In this document: in pieces, positions 19,454-28,900 of the stretch
How positions within the stretch are numbered: the first letter of the stretch is position 1
How the letters are laid out: each line of letters starts with the position of its first letter
From: an uncultured Gammaproteobacteria bacterium
Lineage (GTDB): Bacteria > Patescibacteriota > Microgenomatia > Levybacterales > GWA1-39-11
Reading direction: 5' to 3'
Length of the DNA stretch: 64,000 nucleotides
Assembly: GCA_964409875.1 (NCBI GenBank)
Contig: CAYPEN010000001.1
Coordinates: 1,313-65,312, forward strand
Program-made: the position numbers and the translations under genes
Notes under the pieces: model-generated
Database searches by the model: none
Told to the model about the DNA's origin: nothing
Seen by the model: the letters and a program-made list of their open reading frames with translations, nothing else

Positions 19454-19661
19454 TCCCCGGTCAGTAAATTTCAGTGGCTTAAATCGCATTTTTTTCTGTT
19501 TTGAGCTCAAATCTGGTAAAGTGTCTCATAATATTATCGTATATCTCATAATATGATTTATACACACGATATCCACAGTCCTGGAGTAAATCTTACTGTT
19601 AGATTCAAAAGATTATTACGGGATTATTGAATTATTTTTTTAACACAATATAATTTCTTTT

Positions 19662-20327
19662 ATGGCATATCCTGAGAACGAAGGACACGATATCCGACTT
19701 GGTGAAGGGAGAAACGCTGCATTTTATCGTCTGCGTGGGAGGTATGCTGAAGAAATGGAATCCATTTTACATAGCTCTTTTGGAGAAAATCTCATCACTG
19801 CAGAACGTATTTTTTCGATGTTCTTAAAGCGCGGCCATGTACCTCACCCAACACATCTTCTTAATGAAGAGGGAAAAGTTGAGCCAGAGTTATCATTTGG
19901 AATTGCCCTTCTTGCTTCAAAAGAGCTGGTCGGGAATAGGTTGGCGGCAATTGGAAGGGTTTTGGAGGCTGGTGTTGAAGAGCCCATTGCTTTACCTGTT
20001 ACCGATGATTTGCCTCAATTTACGACTCTTATGAGAAGCATGTTTCCGCCTGAAGCAGATGCCCAGGTAATGGGTATTTGCCAAAATGGGCTGCAAGACG
20101 GATGGAATACTGTTCTAAATCTTTTGGGGAGCCAAGACGTTCCATTGGCAATGTTTCCGAAGTCTTTAGGGCAACATTTAAAGAGGAAAACTGAGGAATT
20201 ATATCCTCACACCAGTGGCATCGTGCTTCCCACTGCAATTTCCGGGGTGCAGGCTCATTATGAATATAATTCGGAATTTGCTCTTCCCTATGTCTCGCTT
20301 ACTATCGAACCATCTAAAGCCGCCTGA
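19662..20327 (+). CDS. hypothetical protein
   Basis: 221-aa ORF with balanced composition. No recognisable motif. Confidence 0.45.
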   Translation: MAYPENEGHDIRLGEGRNAAFYRLRGRYAEEMESILHSSFGENLITAERIFSMFLKRGHVPHPTHLLNEEGKVEPELSFGIALLASKELVGNRLAAIGRVLEAGVEEPIALPVTDDLPQFTTLMRSMFPPEADAQVMGICQNGLQDGWNTVLNLLGSQDVPLAMFPKSLGQHLKRKTEELYPHTSGIVLPTAISGVQAHYEYNSEFALPYVSLTIEPSKAA

Positions 20328-20391
20328 ACTTAAAAATTAGAAATACGGTTCATATGACGAGAATGGCGCGTTCGCTTGTCCGCTATGCAGG

Positions 20392-20469
20392 TAAACAAGT
20401 TTGTTCTCGTCCCAAATTTACTTTGTAAATTTATGCCGAAAATAAAACAAGTTTGTTCTCGTCCCAAAA
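20392..20469. repeat. direct repeat aacaagtttgttctcgtcccaaa x2
   Basis: Two copies of a ~23-nt sequence about 55 nt apart, immediately 3' of tRNA-Tyr on the minus strand. Confidence 0.5.
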
Positions 20470-20484
20470 AACTACGTTTTTTGT

Positions 20485-20569
20485 GCCGAGAATAGGATTC
20501 GAACCTATGTAGCCCAAACGGGCGACAGATTTACAGTCTGTTACGATTGACCGCTCCGTCATCTCGGCA
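20485..20569 (-). tRNA. tRNA-Tyr (anticodon GTA), long variable arm
   Basis: Reverse complement GCCGAGA-TG-ACGG-AGCGGTCAAT-TCGT-A-ACAGA-CTGTAAA-TCTGT-CGCCCGTTTGGGCTACAT-ATAGG-TTCGAAT-CCTAT-TCTCGGC-A. 7-bp acceptor stem, GTA at positions 34-36, canonical TTCGAAT T-loop. 85 nt, CCA not encoded. Confidence 0.85.
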
Positions 20570-20705
20570 CTAACTCTTTGTTTTCGACGATTGATGGTTC
20601 TGCAAGGCAGAAGCATATGATTTGCTCATTTTAAACTATATTTCTACAATCAAACAAATCATACCGCATTAATCATCTCGGCACGTTTATATTTTACTAT
20701 AAATT

Positions 20706-20768
20706 TGAGCCCCGAGTGGGAATCACCGCTCAATTGTTAAATTGACGCACCCACGGCCTCGTTCTTAC
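20706..20768 (-). pseudogene. partial copy of the tRNA-Thr 3' half (anticodon loop to 3' end) with a 24-nt insertion in the T-loop
   Basis: gagccccgagtgggaatc + accgctcaattgttaaattgacgc + acccacggcctcgttcttac. Identical to the intact tRNA-Thr at 20830-20874 except that the 24-nt insert replaces gg. Similarity stops in the anticodon loop. Confidence 0.5.
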
Positions 20769-20829
20769 GATTGACGAAGTCAAACGCAAGAGAGAAACGA
20801 CTCATTAAAGTTATCTCATATTCTATTTG

Positions 20830-20901
20830 AGCCCCGAGTGGGAATCGGACCCACGGCCTCGTTCTTACCAAGAACGCGCTCTACCACTGAGCCATCAGGG
20901 C
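20830..20901 (-). tRNA. tRNA-Thr (anticodon GGT)
   Basis: Reverse complement GCCCTGA-TG-GCTC-AGTGGTA-GAGC-G-CGTTC-TTGGTAA-GAACG-AGGCC-GTGGG-TCCGATT-CCCAC-TCGGGGC-T. 72 nt. One G-U in the acceptor stem. The T-loop reads TCCGATT (C at position 55), which is atypical. Confidence 0.75.
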
Positions 20902-20936
20902 AAACTATAACGATGGTGAAAGTGGCAAGGTTTCCT

Positions 20937-21002
20937 TACCACTGAGCCATCAGGGCAAACGCAATGGATCAGTGTAGTGATCACTGAGCCATCAGGGCTA
21001 AC
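20937..21002 (-). repeat. two extra copies of the tRNA-Thr 5' end (acceptor strand plus D-arm start), each preceded by GTTT/GTTA
   Basis: taccactgagccatcagggcaaac (20937-20960) and cactgagccatcagggctaac (20982-21002) repeat the ccactgagccatcagggca of the intact gene (20883-20901). They lie 5' of it on the coding strand. Confidence 0.5.
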
Positions 21003-21119
21003 TACAAACAATTCTGTTTGAATTGAAATTTTACCAAGAAGAACCATTTTTTTAAAGTGGTTATACGTATTTCAACCAACGTATTGATAAATTTGAGCGT
21101 ATAATTTATAATTGACAAC

Positions 21120-21299
21120 ATGGCAAAAAAATCTAAAGGAACACGACTTACACTCGGGCTGCAATGTACCGTTTGCAAGAATGTGAATTACATAACGGAG
21201 AGAAATAAGCTCAATACGCCGGAAAAATTAAATCTCAAGAAGTTCTGTAATTTCTGTAAGAAAATTCAGGTACATAAAGAAAGAGAAAAACTTAAATAG
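21120..21299 (+). CDS. rpmG: 50S ribosomal protein L33
   Basis: 59 aa, not in the ORF track because it is under the length cutoff. MAKKSKGTRLTLGLQCTVCKNVNYITERNKLNTPEKLNLKKFCNFCKKIQVHKEREKLK, with two CxxC pairs and the conserved NTPE(K/R)L(E/N)LKK(F/Y)C core. Confidence 0.85.
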   Translation: MAKKSKGTRLTLGLQCTVCKNVNYITERNKLNTPEKLNLKKFCNFCKKIQVHKEREKLK

Positions 21300-21310
21300 T
21301 CCTCGACTTG

Positions 21311-21412
21311 AGCTTGAAGTCTTCGTTTCACTCGACTATAAGCAAGCTTGAAGTCTTCGTTTCACTCGACTATAAGCAAGCTTGAAGTCTTCGTTTCACT
21401 CGACTATAAGCT
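21311..21412. repeat. 34-nt perfect tandem repeat x3 (agcttgaagtcttcgtttcactcgactataagca)
   Basis: Three head-to-tail copies read directly from the sequence, immediately downstream of rpmG. Confidence 0.85.
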
Positions 21413-21536
21413 CAACACACCTGAGAAATTAAATTTGAAGAAGTTCTGCAATTTTTTGCAAAAAGATACAGACTCACAAAGAAAGAGAAAAGTTAAAGTG
21501 AGTCGTTTCTTCACTCCCATTCGGTCCTTACGCTAA
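21413..21536 (+). pseudogene. degraded duplicate of the rpmG 3' half
   Basis: Encodes LNTPEKLNLKKFCNFLQKDTDSQRKRKVK versus LNTPEKLNLKKFCNFCKKIQVHKEREKLK of the intact gene. The second Cys of the CxxC pair is lost. It is fused in frame to repeat-derived sequence (ORF 21348..21536). Confidence 0.5.
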
Positions 21537-21561
21537 GTCATTACTCATTATCATATGCGGA

Positions 21562-21585
21562 AGTTTTTTTAAAAAAACTTCCTGA
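21562..21585. terminator. stem-loop GGAAGTTTTTTT/AAAAAAACTTCC, member of a hairpin family
   Basis: Perfect palindrome followed by tgaaaagaggaagaatgtcttgg. Closely similar elements lie at 63470-63492 (with the same tail aaaagaggaagaaagtcatgg) and 43163-43183. Confidence 0.45.
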
Positions 21586-21645
21586 AAAGAGGAAGAATGT
21601 CTTGGCTCCGCTCCTATTCAGTCGCTTCGCTAGTCTTTCTTTGTT

Positions 21646-22434
21646 TTAAAATTCCAAAACATCCAACACCTCAACATACGGTCCTACTACATGGTCCATT
21701 TTAAATGGAGCATATACATCAAGAATTCCGAGGATAAATCCTCTTTTTCCACTATCAACCAAATTGCCAATAGCAGTACTTGCATTTGCCAATTCCGGTT
21801 CGCTTTCCAACATTTGCTCTTGAAATACGGCAGAATTAGTTTTGAACCTTATTTGAACCTCTTTCAATAATGGGTCAGAGTAATTGGCCACCATTCTTTC
21901 AGTAAGTGCTTTAGGGGTAATGGGAGTTTTGAGGATGCCCGGCTGTGTTGCGACCAATATGTTGTACTTCATGTCACTATTTTTCCGCGCGTCTCTATCG
22001 GTAATGAGGCTTTTGAAATAGGTGGCAACTGCATGTTCATTGGATGGAGGCAATTCAAGTCCCACGTGTTGATATTGGTTGGCAAGTAGATTTACTCCGA
22101 ATACGGCGCCATTCATATATTGAGCGCTTTGTTCTTCTGAAAGGTGTATTTCATTACGCAACTTACTCATGTGCTCTAAATAAGAAAATAGAGCGTTGTC
22201 ATTTCTTTGTTGTTTGTCTTTTTCTACCTCAAAATAATATGGTGAGCGTGATGTTACATAGGTGTACCAGTCAATAGAATCGCGGACTGCCTTCTCAGAA
22301 ATAGGAAATGTAAACATGTGTTGTAACTCAGGGGTTGGAAAACCTTGCTCAGACTCTATGCTCATGGTAAATAGTGTAGAGCATGTTAGGATTTTTTCAA
22401 GAGTTACCATTTTGTATCTTCTTTTGTATGTCAA
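21646..22434 (-). CDS. hypothetical protein
   Basis: 262-aa ORF. An alternative start MVTLEKIL at 22410 would shorten the overlap with glpX. No recognisable motif. Confidence 0.5.
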   Translation of the reverse strand: MTYKRRYKMVTLEKILTCSTLFTMSIESEQGFPTPELQHMFTFPISEKAVRDSIDWYTYVTSRSPYYFEVEKDKQQRNDNALFSYLEHMSKLRNEIHLSEEQSAQYMNGAVFGVNLLANQYQHVGLELPPSNEHAVATYFKSLITDRDARKNSDMKYNILVATQPGILKTPITPKALTERMVANYSDPLLKEVQIRFKTNSAVFQEQMLESEPELANASTAIGNLVDSGKRGFILGILDVYAPFKMDHVVGPYVEVLDVLEF

Positions 22435-22501
22435 ACTGACAAGCTCTTTCTGTCAGGATTCCGTCAAGATTGTAAGAAAACCTTCGCTTAAGATAACTTT
22501 T

Positions 22502-23584
22502 ATGGGCAGCGAACTAAAAGATAGAACGTCCTACGACTTTACGGGTCTTCACCCCGAACTTTACCCTCAGCCAGAACTCGTCAGACAGCATATGGTGGGA
22601 GTAACGCTTGAGGCAGGAGTAGCCGTTGCCGAGGCGATTTCACAGTTTATTCCCGTTCCCGAAGGAGAAAGTCTTTCAAAGAGAAATAAAGATATCAGGG
22701 TTGAACTTCTTGATACTTTGGCGGCAGCCCGGTTTGAAGATAATCTCAAAAATGTTCCTTTTAGAGTCCTTTCTGTTGCAAGTGAAGGAGAAAAAGAATG
22801 GGAAAAGATGGGACGTGGCATGCCAACCGTACTTGGCGAACATGGTATGGGAGATAGGATGATAAGCATTGCAAATGATGTTGTTGAAGGAACAACTGCC
22901 GCATCACACAACAGGCCGGGAGCAATTTCGGTGCTTGCGGCTAGCACATATGGAGGAATTATGCCGACACCAAAAGGCGTAAAGTATATGGAGAAATTCT
23001 TTGCTCCGCCTGAGACAAAAGAGTATGTTGATATCCGGTATCCGCTTGGTCACAATCTTGATATGGTAAGAATGGTATATGGAGTGCCTGCTCATGAGAT
23101 AAACGTAGTGTCTATGAACAGAAAGACAAATGCCAGAATTCACGAAGAAACTCGGAAGTTTGGGGCGAATCTGCATCTTATTGAGGCAGGTGACTTAATG
23201 CCTTCATTGCTAGCAATAACAAGTCCGCATGAAAATGGGAGAGGAATTTATTTGGTTGCAGGTAGGGGTGGCATGGAAGAGGGAATTATTGCGGCTGTGG
23301 GTGCAAAGGCGCTCGACGCACACGCTCAAGGAAGAGAATGGCGAGAATCGCCGGAAAATAAAGATTTTCCTATCCCTGGCGGAAGAGTCATAAATCTTGA
23401 CGAGCTTGTCAGGGGACGACGGGAGCAGTCATTGGTGACCTTCACGCCTATAACCGACGATCCATGGTTTGATTTCCCGGGTGTTAAATTTACGAATGGC
23501 TCACTTGATGCGAAGGCAGTATTGCTGGACATGAATGGATTTCAGGTTATTCCGCACCACAAAGAATTGGGAATAGCTGCTTGA
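22502..23584 (+). CDS. glpX: class II fructose-1,6-bisphosphatase (GlpX-like)
   Basis: Start at MGSELKD (22502) rather than 22262, which overlaps the upstream gene. The block SIANDVVEGTTAASHNRPGAISVLAASTYGGIMPTPKGVKYMEKFFAPP aligns with E. coli GlpX [47 protein letters not shown]. Downstream glycine-rich LVAGRGGMEEGIIAA block also matches. Confidence 0.75.
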   Translation: MGSELKDRTSYDFTGLHPELYPQPELVRQHMVGVTLEAGVAVAEAISQFIPVPEGESLSKRNKDIRVELLDTLAAARFEDNLKNVPFRVLSVASEGEKEWEKMGRGMPTVLGEHGMGDRMISIANDVVEGTTAASHNRPGAISVLAASTYGGIMPTPKGVKYMEKFFAPPETKEYVDIRYPLGHNLDMVRMVYGVPAHEINVVSMNRKTNARIHEETRKFGANLHLIEAGDLMPSLLAITSPHENGRGIYLVAGRGGMEEGIIAAVGAKALDAHAQGREWRESPENKDFPIPGGRVINLDELVRGRREQSLVTFTPITDDPWFDFPGVKFTNGSLDAKAVLLDMNGFQVIPHHKELGIAA

Positions 23585-23587
23585 GCA

Positions 23588-24268
23588 TTACAAAACCAAA
23601 AGAGAGAAGAGGGCAAACGAGGCTCCCAGTAGCATTCCTCCGATAACATCGGTTGTCCAGTGTTCTCCAAGACTAATTCTTGAAACGAGCATAAGAAACA
23701 TATATATAAGTACAACTCCTATTAAACCATATCGCAAATATGCGGGTAGTCTTTTAGTTTTATATAAAAGAGATATGATTATAATGCTCAAAAAAATTAC
23801 ACGTAACGAATGTCCCGATGGATAGCTATCATTGGCATCAATATAAAAGCCAGGGAACTCTTTTGAGAGAGTTGTAGTACGCAGGAACATGTGTGGCGGT
23901 GGTGGTTGGTTGAGATAATTCTTGCCGATTATCTCAATGATATGTCCCAGACCGAAAAGGCCAACGGATAAAAGGCCCAAGAGTTTTCTATGCAGCAAAA
24001 GCGCTACAAGAAGGATAACAATTGAGGTTTCAAATCTACCTGAAACCGATAGAAACGAGAAAAGATCATCAAACCTGACCGGAATATGCGCCTGAAGTCT
24101 GACTGTTGTGTCAAAGTCGAAATGCCGCAACACATCCTTTTTTACGACAATTGTGAATATTGCAAAGAGAAGCGAAAAGAACGCTCCTGCACAAAAGAAG
24201 AATATAAGGTGATGATTTTGGAATGATGGTTTAAGATTGCGTTTCAAATGATGGGCAGCTTTTTCCAT
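23588..24268 (-). CDS. PAP2-family membrane phosphatase
   Basis: Multiple TM helices. PAP2 motifs SYPSGHS and SRISLGEHWTTDVIGG. Confidence 0.7.
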   Translation of the reverse strand: MEKAAHHLKRNLKPSFQNHHLIFFFCAGAFFSLLFAIFTIVVKKDVLRHFDFDTTVRLQAHIPVRFDDLFSFLSVSGRFETSIVILLVALLLHRKLLGLLSVGLFGLGHIIEIIGKNYLNQPPPPHMFLRTTTLSKEFPGFYIDANDSYPSGHSLRVIFLSIIIISLLYKTKRLPAYLRYGLIGVVLIYMFLMLVSRISLGEHWTTDVIGGMLLGASFALFSLLVL

Positions 24269-24330
24269 GGTAGTGACTATGATAACAGAATTTACGCTCG
24301 AAAAGAAATAAGTTCCGGCAATTCTTGGCG

Positions 24331-24900
24331 CTATTGTTTGGCTTGCTGCAAAACTAACGGGAACGCTTGATTCAATTCTTTTGAAATGAGAGATACCTTG
24401 ATTGTATTATTGGTATTGGTGATGAGTGCATTTTGTGATGAAAACTGACTCTCAACTAACGTTATATTCATAAGTTCTTTGACATCTCCTTGCATGAGTA
24501 GTGAACCTAAGTTAACCGAATTGTTGATGGCTTTATTTTTAGTGTCAATTCCTATTATTTGAACCAGATTTGGAAATTTTATATTGTAATTGAAAAAAGT
24601 TGAGTCAAGCGCATTGGAAGGTTTAAAGTCTACGAAATGAAGCTTTGCTGGATTGTAGTTAAAGGTTAGTTTTACGCCCGTGAGACTTCGCCCGCTTGTA
24701 CTGATTTGTAAGTTCAAAATATGTAAGTCCCCTTGATTTTTTGTAGCTTTGCGGGAATTTGTATACTGAGGAGTGGCTTGATCAGGCACATTTAGTGACT
24801 TTTTCCCGGTATCCAACAAAAGGGATGCAAAAGTTATAGCAACGGTTAAAAGTATTACAAAAGCAATTAACAGTAATGTTTTTTTATCGGATAGATTCAT
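24331..24900 (-). CDS. hypothetical secreted/membrane-anchored protein
   Basis: 189 aa with an N-terminal signal anchor (LLLIAFVILLTVAITFASLLL). A 3-nt gap to the upstream gene suggests an operon. Confidence 0.5.
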   Translation of the reverse strand: MNLSDKKTLLLIAFVILLTVAITFASLLLDTGKKSLNVPDQATPQYTNSRKATKNQGDLHILNLQISTSGRSLTGVKLTFNYNPAKLHFVDFKPSNALDSTFFNYNIKFPNLVQIIGIDTKNKAINNSVNLGSLLMQGDVKELMNITLVESQFSSQNALITNTNNTIKVSLISKELNQAFPLVLQQAKQ

Positions 24901-24903
24901 ATT

Positions 24904-25947
24904 TTATAATGCGTTTTTTCTCCAAATCAGGTAATCCGACAAGTCAGCTTTGCCATCCGAATTGAAATCAGCATTTTGTGGTCTTTGACTTGCCGTTTCT
25001 GTTTTCCAAACATTAAGGTCTGAAATATTTGTCTTACCGTCACAATTGGCATCACCTTGTGCTTTTGTTGTGCAACTGACAACGCTTGTTGGAGCCTGTT
25101 GAGTTGGCTGCGTTTGCTTCGTTTGTGGTGATTGTGGCGCAGTCGTAGGGTTTGGTGTCGTTTGTTGGGTATGGGTGGGGTTACTTGTGGGTGTAGGTGA
25201 TTTTTTAAAGAAATTCCAAAATGATGAATTTCCCGAAGAGTTATTTTGCTGGTTACTTGAGGAAGAATCTGGTTTATTTTGTGTGGTACCAGATGATGTA
25301 GTCGTAGGTTCTACTTTTGTTGCAGGTTGAGAGGTAACTACAGGTATAGAAGTTGGTGATGCAGGATTTTGAACGATAATGTTGGTAGATGAAGAAGTGA
25401 TGGAGCCTTGTGTTGGGTCGATAATTTCTACCGTATTTCTTGTCTCATGAGATAAAGGGTACATGGTTGTATCAGAACCGAAGGATGCATCAGATATTGT
25501 TATGTCTGCAATTCCAGGTTGGACTCCGCGAAAGTAAAGCGTTCCGATTGTTCTTTTGCCACTTATGGATTCTCCTAATGTATCAAGTGCTAAAAACCTA
25601 AATGTACCGTGTGACTCCGTATCTTGTGTCGGCTCGTTGGGAGTAAGTTCGTTGTCAAATATGCTTTGAGGGATAAATGACACAAGCTTGAGGCTTTTGG
25701 GATTATAAGAGACAGTAAAGTCTAATAATGCAGCATTTACGCTTTTGCTATCAAGAATTACGGTTACAGGAAATAGCAATCCTATGCCTGCTTTTGTTAA
25801 ATTATTTTGAAGCGAAAGTGAAGCGGATTCTATGTCTGCTCGTGAACGCGTGTCCTGAATACTTTTCAATGCAAAAATAACAAGAGGAAGTGCTAAAAGC
25901 ATGAAGAAAAATAGAAATAATGTTTTTTTTGAATTCAATTTTTTCAT
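24904..25947 (-). CDS. secreted protein with T/P/Q-rich linker and C-terminal dockerin-like double repeat
   Basis: Signal anchor. Linker PTSNPTHTQQTTPNPTTAPQSPQTKQTQPTQQAPTS. C-terminus KAQGDANCDGKTNISDLNVWKTE...ADFNSDGKADLSDYLIW has two D-x-N/D-x-DGK-x-x-x-x-DL calcium-loop-like repeats. Confidence 0.55.
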   Translation of the reverse strand: MKKLNSKKTLFLFFFMLLALPLVIFALKSIQDTRSRADIESASLSLQNNLTKAGIGLLFPVTVILDSKSVNAALLDFTVSYNPKSLKLVSFIPQSIFDNELTPNEPTQDTESHGTFRFLALDTLGESISGKRTIGTLYFRGVQPGIADITISDASFGSDTTMYPLSHETRNTVEIIDPTQGSITSSSTNIIVQNPASPTSIPVVTSQPATKVEPTTTSSGTTQNKPDSSSSNQQNNSSGNSSFWNFFKKSPTPTSNPTHTQQTTPNPTTAPQSPQTKQTQPTQQAPTSVVSCTTKAQGDANCDGKTNISDLNVWKTETASQRPQNADFNSDGKADLSDYLIWRKNAL

Positions 25948-25948
25948 A

Positions 25949-28900
25949 TCAATTTATCGGAATATAATTGTCCAAATCCTCTAAAGATACTTTCCCATCG
26001 TTATTAAAGTCAGCAGTCTTACCATTCCCGCTCAACTTTTCAGAACGCCATATCAAAAGGTCTGAATTGTTGACCTTATTATCACAGTTAGCATCTCCTT
26101 GAGCTTTCAGTGGGCACGATTGGGCGGTTTGAGCACCCTGTACACTGCTATATGCCGTGTTTTGTTTTTTCGCACAAACAACGCATCTGTCATCAAATAT
26201 CTTACATGCGGTACCTTTGTCCGGACAACTTCTGAATTCAGAAGAAGCTACACCTGATTCTACATCTATTCTTCTTTTCTCCATTTTGTCTCCGTTGCAT
26301 GTCCAGTAGTCATATTTCACGCCTGCAAAAGCTGCCGATACAAAAGTTTTTGTGGCATCATACACAAGTGCTACATCAGCAGGACTTATGATATATGTAG
26401 CAGTTCCAAAAATATGTTCAGAAACTTGTTGAGCAATTATTTTGTTAACTCCTTTTGATGCTAAACGTTCTTCTAGCTCATAACCCACCAACTGGGTATA
26501 CTGACCGTGGGAATAGCTAATTATGTCTTGTCTTGATGCTTCTTCAAAATCCCTATTAACAATTAGTTCGGCATAGCTTACACCAGTTTTATCTTTGATA
26601 TATTGGTATGCCGTATCAATGATTAAGTTTTTCAAACTGAATGGCATAGGGATATTCGTTCCATCACCGCAATAGAGATGTTCAATGGTCGTGTTATCAA
26701 CTACAATAGGATCTGCACATTTAACCTTTTGATCTATCTCAGTACACACTTTGTTTTCTTTCCCGCAGTCTTCTTCTTTTATGAATGGACCGGACAATAT
26801 ATTGTTTCTGCATGCGGCTGAACCCTTAGGATACCATCCGTCCTTATCGGCTATCATATTAACATAGTTCTTTCCATTTTCGCCCTGATTAATTCCGCTT
26901 GATGGGTCATCTGCGCGATTCGTTGGGGGATGGACAGTAACGTTTTCAAGAGGCCGGTCATTACATATTGCGACAAGACCCACTTGGGTACATACCTTGC
27001 CTTCTGCAGCACAATCTTTTAAAAATTTATTAAAGGTCCATTCTGTTTTTGGATTACCCGACGAATCTTTTTCACCTGTTTCAATAATTCCAAGGTTATA
27101 TATTTTGTTGCTATCATTTCCTGTCCCGCAATGATTTGTAGCATTTTCCCTTTCATCAATGTTTTTCTTATCATTCGTACTATTGTCAAGGCAAGTATAT
27201 GATTCGAAATTTCCTGCGCCGACCACCTTACACTCTTGCCCTTTTGCTTTACAGTCAATGGCATTAGGATCCAGTCTTGGTGGGTTGAGGAAATTAAATT
27301 TTTGGGTTGGGTCGTATTTAGCATTCCCAGAAGAGAGATTAAAAATAACATTATCAACGCAGGTCCAACCTTCGGATTTGAAGTAAATATATTGTTTTTC
27401 CGAGGGACCTGAAGCACCGGGAATTATGGGTTTTGGAACACAACACAACTGTGACGTTGTTGCGCAGCTAGTGGTTCCGGTGGTATAGACTTCCTCCGTA
27501 TCACTGCAACTTTGACTCAAGCCGTTAATACATCTTCCACCTTTTGACGAGCAGTCGATAGGAGCAGCTGCCTTGCAACATGCCACATCAAATCCTGAAG
27601 AATCAGAGCAATTTGTCCCTACCGTATTTTGCTGTGTTCCGGTGGTGCATGCATTAGCTAAGGTAGTAAGGCATTCATATCCGGTCCCGTATTTTTGGGC
27701 GCAAGTCGTCGAAGGGTTGGTTTGTGAAGTGGTAGATGCATTTGTCGCAGTAACTTGAGTATTACCTGCTTTACAGCACATCATTTGAAAACCTCCTGAA
27801 TTATCACAGTCGGTTCCGGTCGGGTCCTTTTGAATCCCTGCCTTGCATTCATCGGTTGATGCTATCACACATTGGTATCCACTACCGTATTTTTGAGCGC
27901 AGGTTGATGTTGGACTAGATTGGGAGGTCGTTGAAGTGTTCGAAGAAGAATTTGAAGGAGCTACTGTTGGTGCGGCTGCTTTACAGCATGCCATATCAAA
28001 TCCAGCTGTATCCGAGCAATCTGTTCCCACAGTATTTTGTTGTATACCAGATTGGCATTCAGTTGATGAAGTCGTAAGACATTGGTATCCAGCACCGTAT
28101 TTTTGGTCACAAGAGAGTAATGAGGTTGTCGGTGTTGGGGTTGGTTGGGAATAGGGTGTTGGTGTGGGTGCGGCAGCTTTGCAGCATGCTACATCAAATC
28201 CTGCTGTATCCGAGCAATTTGTCCCTACTGTGTTTTGTCGTGTGCCGGACTGGCATTCGGTAGCGGAAGTTGTCAGACATTGATATCCATATCCATATTT
28301 CTGGTCACAGGAGAGTAATGTATTTGCCGGAGTTGGAGTGGATTGATAATAAGGGGTTGGTGTCGGGGTCGCAGCCTTGCAACACGCGACCTGAAACCCT
28401 GAAGAATCAGAGCAATCTGTACCTACCGTGCTTTGTTTTATTCCCGACTGGCATTCGGTAGCGGAAGTTGTAAGACATTGGTATCCTGCACCGTATTTTT
28501 GGTCACAGGATGAAGTGACAGGCGGCGCACAGGATTCACCGGTACTGATAGGTCCAAAATATCCGTTGGGGTCAAGCGTACACCCCTGTGCATTACAGGC
28601 TTCTACATCATAGAAAATACTTAAATTAGGTGCAAAACCTGAAATCGAGAAATTGGGTTGTGAGGAGGAAATCTGTTGCTGCCCGTTGGTATAACTTCCC
28701 CAGCCGTAAATTAAATGATAAGAGGTAGCATTTGGAACGGGAGCTGCAGAGAAGGAAATTGAAATTTGATTATTAGAACAAGTTCTGTTGGCACCCATAA
28801 CTCTTGGTCCTTGTGGAGGTCCTGCAACAACTTTGCAGCACGCATATGCACCTCCTGTATTGCATGTTGTTCCTATGGCAGACTGTTGTAGGTTGGGTGG

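Noticed and set aside
21311-21412. 34-nt x3 tandem repeat considered as a CRISPR array
   Set aside because: The copies are directly adjacent with no spacers. There are no cas genes. It fits a simple tandem duplication at the rpmG breakpoint.
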